From the NCBI GenBank assembly GCA_046563655.1, contig CM102285.1:3782001-3846000 (forward strand): DNA of 64,000 bases, given 5' to 3'. The notes under the pieces were generated by a model. The model was not told where the DNA came from and did no database searches. It saw only the letters and a list, made by a program, of their open reading frames with translations. A program made the position numbers and the translations under genes. This stretch comes from Yuukianura sp. NJ FZ-2021 (taxonomy: Eukaryota). Position 1 is the first letter of the stretch, and each line of letters starts with the position of its first letter. Below are positions 61,728 through 64,000 of the stretch, piece after piece.

Positions 61728-64000
61728 AGTGTTAGGATAACCGTCCAAGTTTCAAGTTAAGTTAAGGCTAAAACACCTAACCTAATGTTAGCCTAATCAC
61801 AACCTAGCTTCACAATGTGCTTGGCTTTTTAAAACACACTCCAAGACAAAACAATTAGTCCTTTTGATAACCTTTATTAATTTATCAGGGCTTAAGCCGC
61901 AAATACGAATTCCCTACCGCAGTATCTTCCTTCCAACAAAAACAAAAGGATTAATAATCCAGTACTTTTTTGAATTTAAATTTGTAGACATTTGTTTCAA
62001 AATTTGAGCAACCCTAACCTCGCCCATTACTTAACCACTAAAGTACTTCAACGTTAACTAATAATAATCGTAAATCGGATGAGAGACGAAACAACTTGAC
62101 AAATTTTTGTCATGGTTTGTTTTGTTTTTTTGTAATTTTTTACCATAATACACATCATAGAATAAACATGCAAAGAGCTTGCTTTAAACATATCGCATGA
62201 GGTGTTTATGAAAGAAAATTTAAAAACAAAACCAGAACATTCAATTAAAACAATTTTCCCTTCAAGAGGGGCAAATGAAAGCTAAGCAGGTTCAAAAATT
62301 TCAAACTGTGGAGAGTTTTTTCCCAAGAGCTACGGTCGCCTGTATGGAGGTATTGACGATTTTCACTATTATTTCTTATATTTGAAATTTGAATATTGTT
62401 TTCCCTTAACAGTGATACGAGAGCAAAATCCAGTCTCTTAATTAGTATGCGTTTTGTCTTCTACGTCCTCTAGAAGTTATGTTTACATGTTAATGTAACC
62501 CTCATGTTATGTATTTCGTTTAGTTTGCATGTTTATGAATTTGCGTGCAATGTTTAGTTCAAGTTTCTGTCAAAAATTAGCTTCGGGTCGTTAGAAAAAC
62601 CTATAAATATAGGTTTTACCCAATAATGTTAAGACGTCCGCAGTATGTTTGAGCAATTATATTGGCTTGCTCTGGATCTCCAGCCTTGGTGACTAGATCA
62701 CTCATGTACGTAGCGTATACATATCAATGACCTATGACCTTTGAAAGTTGCGAGTAGTGGTGTGGAGAGCCATTTATTGAGTAGTTTAGCTTGTTTGGAG
62801 TTAATATTTTTGGTGTAAGGTCAGTTGAGGTGAGTTCAAGTAGAGAGTTTAGACGTTGCGAATTACTGCACCGTAACAACATAAAAAGAAAAGTTTACAA
62901 AGAAAAGAGTTATGAAAAAAAAAATAATTTTTTTGTGTTTTTGAAATAATTTCAAAGTGAACCCCCTCGCGTCATCAGGAGCTCACTAGTGAAAACAGAT
63001 ACCGGAAATGTTGAGTAGCTTCCTAGAGAAATTGCCGCCTACTGACTGCCAGACAGACTGAAGGACAGACAAGGTCATGGGGACATAGATAAACTAGCTT
63101 TCGCTACTTAACAAACAATACTAAATAATGAGTGATTTAAACTTTTTACTTTATTTTATTGTGAGGTGAAAGAATCAGCCGTGACGCGGGATTCAATTTC
63201 ATCACAACATAATGGCTCTGATGACACTGCTGCTTTGACAAAAATGGCTTCTTTGTGTCAACATTTGTTTTTTGCAACATTGAAAACGCGGGTCGATAAT
63301 TCTCATCGTCATTTCACTTGGAAAGTATACCTTTGAAGAGACATTGAAGTCACTATTCCAATTGTGCTCAATTTTGACCAATTCAGCAAACAAATTTGTT
63401 TTCTACTGCACAAAGTTTCGCACAGAACTATCTCATTTGTTGAAGTCATATACATTCTAAAAACATAAAATATTCCAACAACGCCTCTGTCCAGCTGTTG
63501 AAACAAATCATTGTCAATAATTTGCCGACTTCGAGCACTTTCGGCAGAAAATAAGAATGTAACGAGTTTTCTTTCAACATATTGCATGAGGTATTTCCGA
63601 AGATAATTGAAAAAAAAATGGACAAACGTTCAATTAAAACAATTTTCCTTTCAAAAAACACAACGTTTGAACGTTGTTAGGTGAAAGTTTGGTTTGGTTG
63701 CTTTAACAATTTTTGTTAAAGAAAGTATGTTATTACCTCGCGACATTAGTTTCCCAATTAATAATAAATAGCGTAAGCCAACTGTGTCATAAATGAAACT
63801 GCATTGGGTATTTCGAATTCGAAAATGCTGGACGCTAGTTTCTTGGAGTTGTACGTTACATATTTTGAATTTTGGTACAGACTTGCGGTTTGTCCATATA
63901 AGCTAAAGATCAATCCACAATCAAAAATTTACGAAGTAACCACCAGCATCACTTGCAAAGTAATCATAAAAACAGCAGCAGTTTTTTGAGAATAGAATTT

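Noticed and set aside
63202-63661. IIDPRFQ motif resembling the hAT transposase LDPRFK
   Set aside because: A single short motif in broken ORFs, without TIRs or other transposase motifs.

Overview
AT-rich eukaryotic genomic DNA with short GT-AG introns. A Tweedle-type cuticle gene, an arthropod-type 5S rRNA and TTAGG-type repeats point to an arthropod, most plausibly a soil hexapod such as a springtail (inference). In order, the window holds: the 3' end of a polycystin-1-like gene that stops after about TM5; a long, probably non-inhibitory serpin; a 3'-truncated VWA5A-like (VIT+vWA) gene abutting an orphan CBP/p300 N-terminal/TAZ1 fragment that could splice into it in frame; two identical 5S rRNA genes interleaved with four intronless EF-hand paralogues; a nested cluster of non-autonomous repeats (24.8-28 kb); a Tweedle/DUF243 gene; an XK-related gene; an RIIAD1-like gene; a 131-bp satellite inside long inverted repeats; an atypical CYP51/CYP7-like P450; a stonustoxin-like (MACPF/CDC) gene; a sugar-transporter pseudogene containing a complete non-autonomous Helitron; a gustatory-receptor-like gene; and a full-length ABCB transporter whose ATPase motifs are degenerate in both NBDs although the NBD exons splice in frame. 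All calls come from reading the sequence and motifs by eye; no database searches were run.
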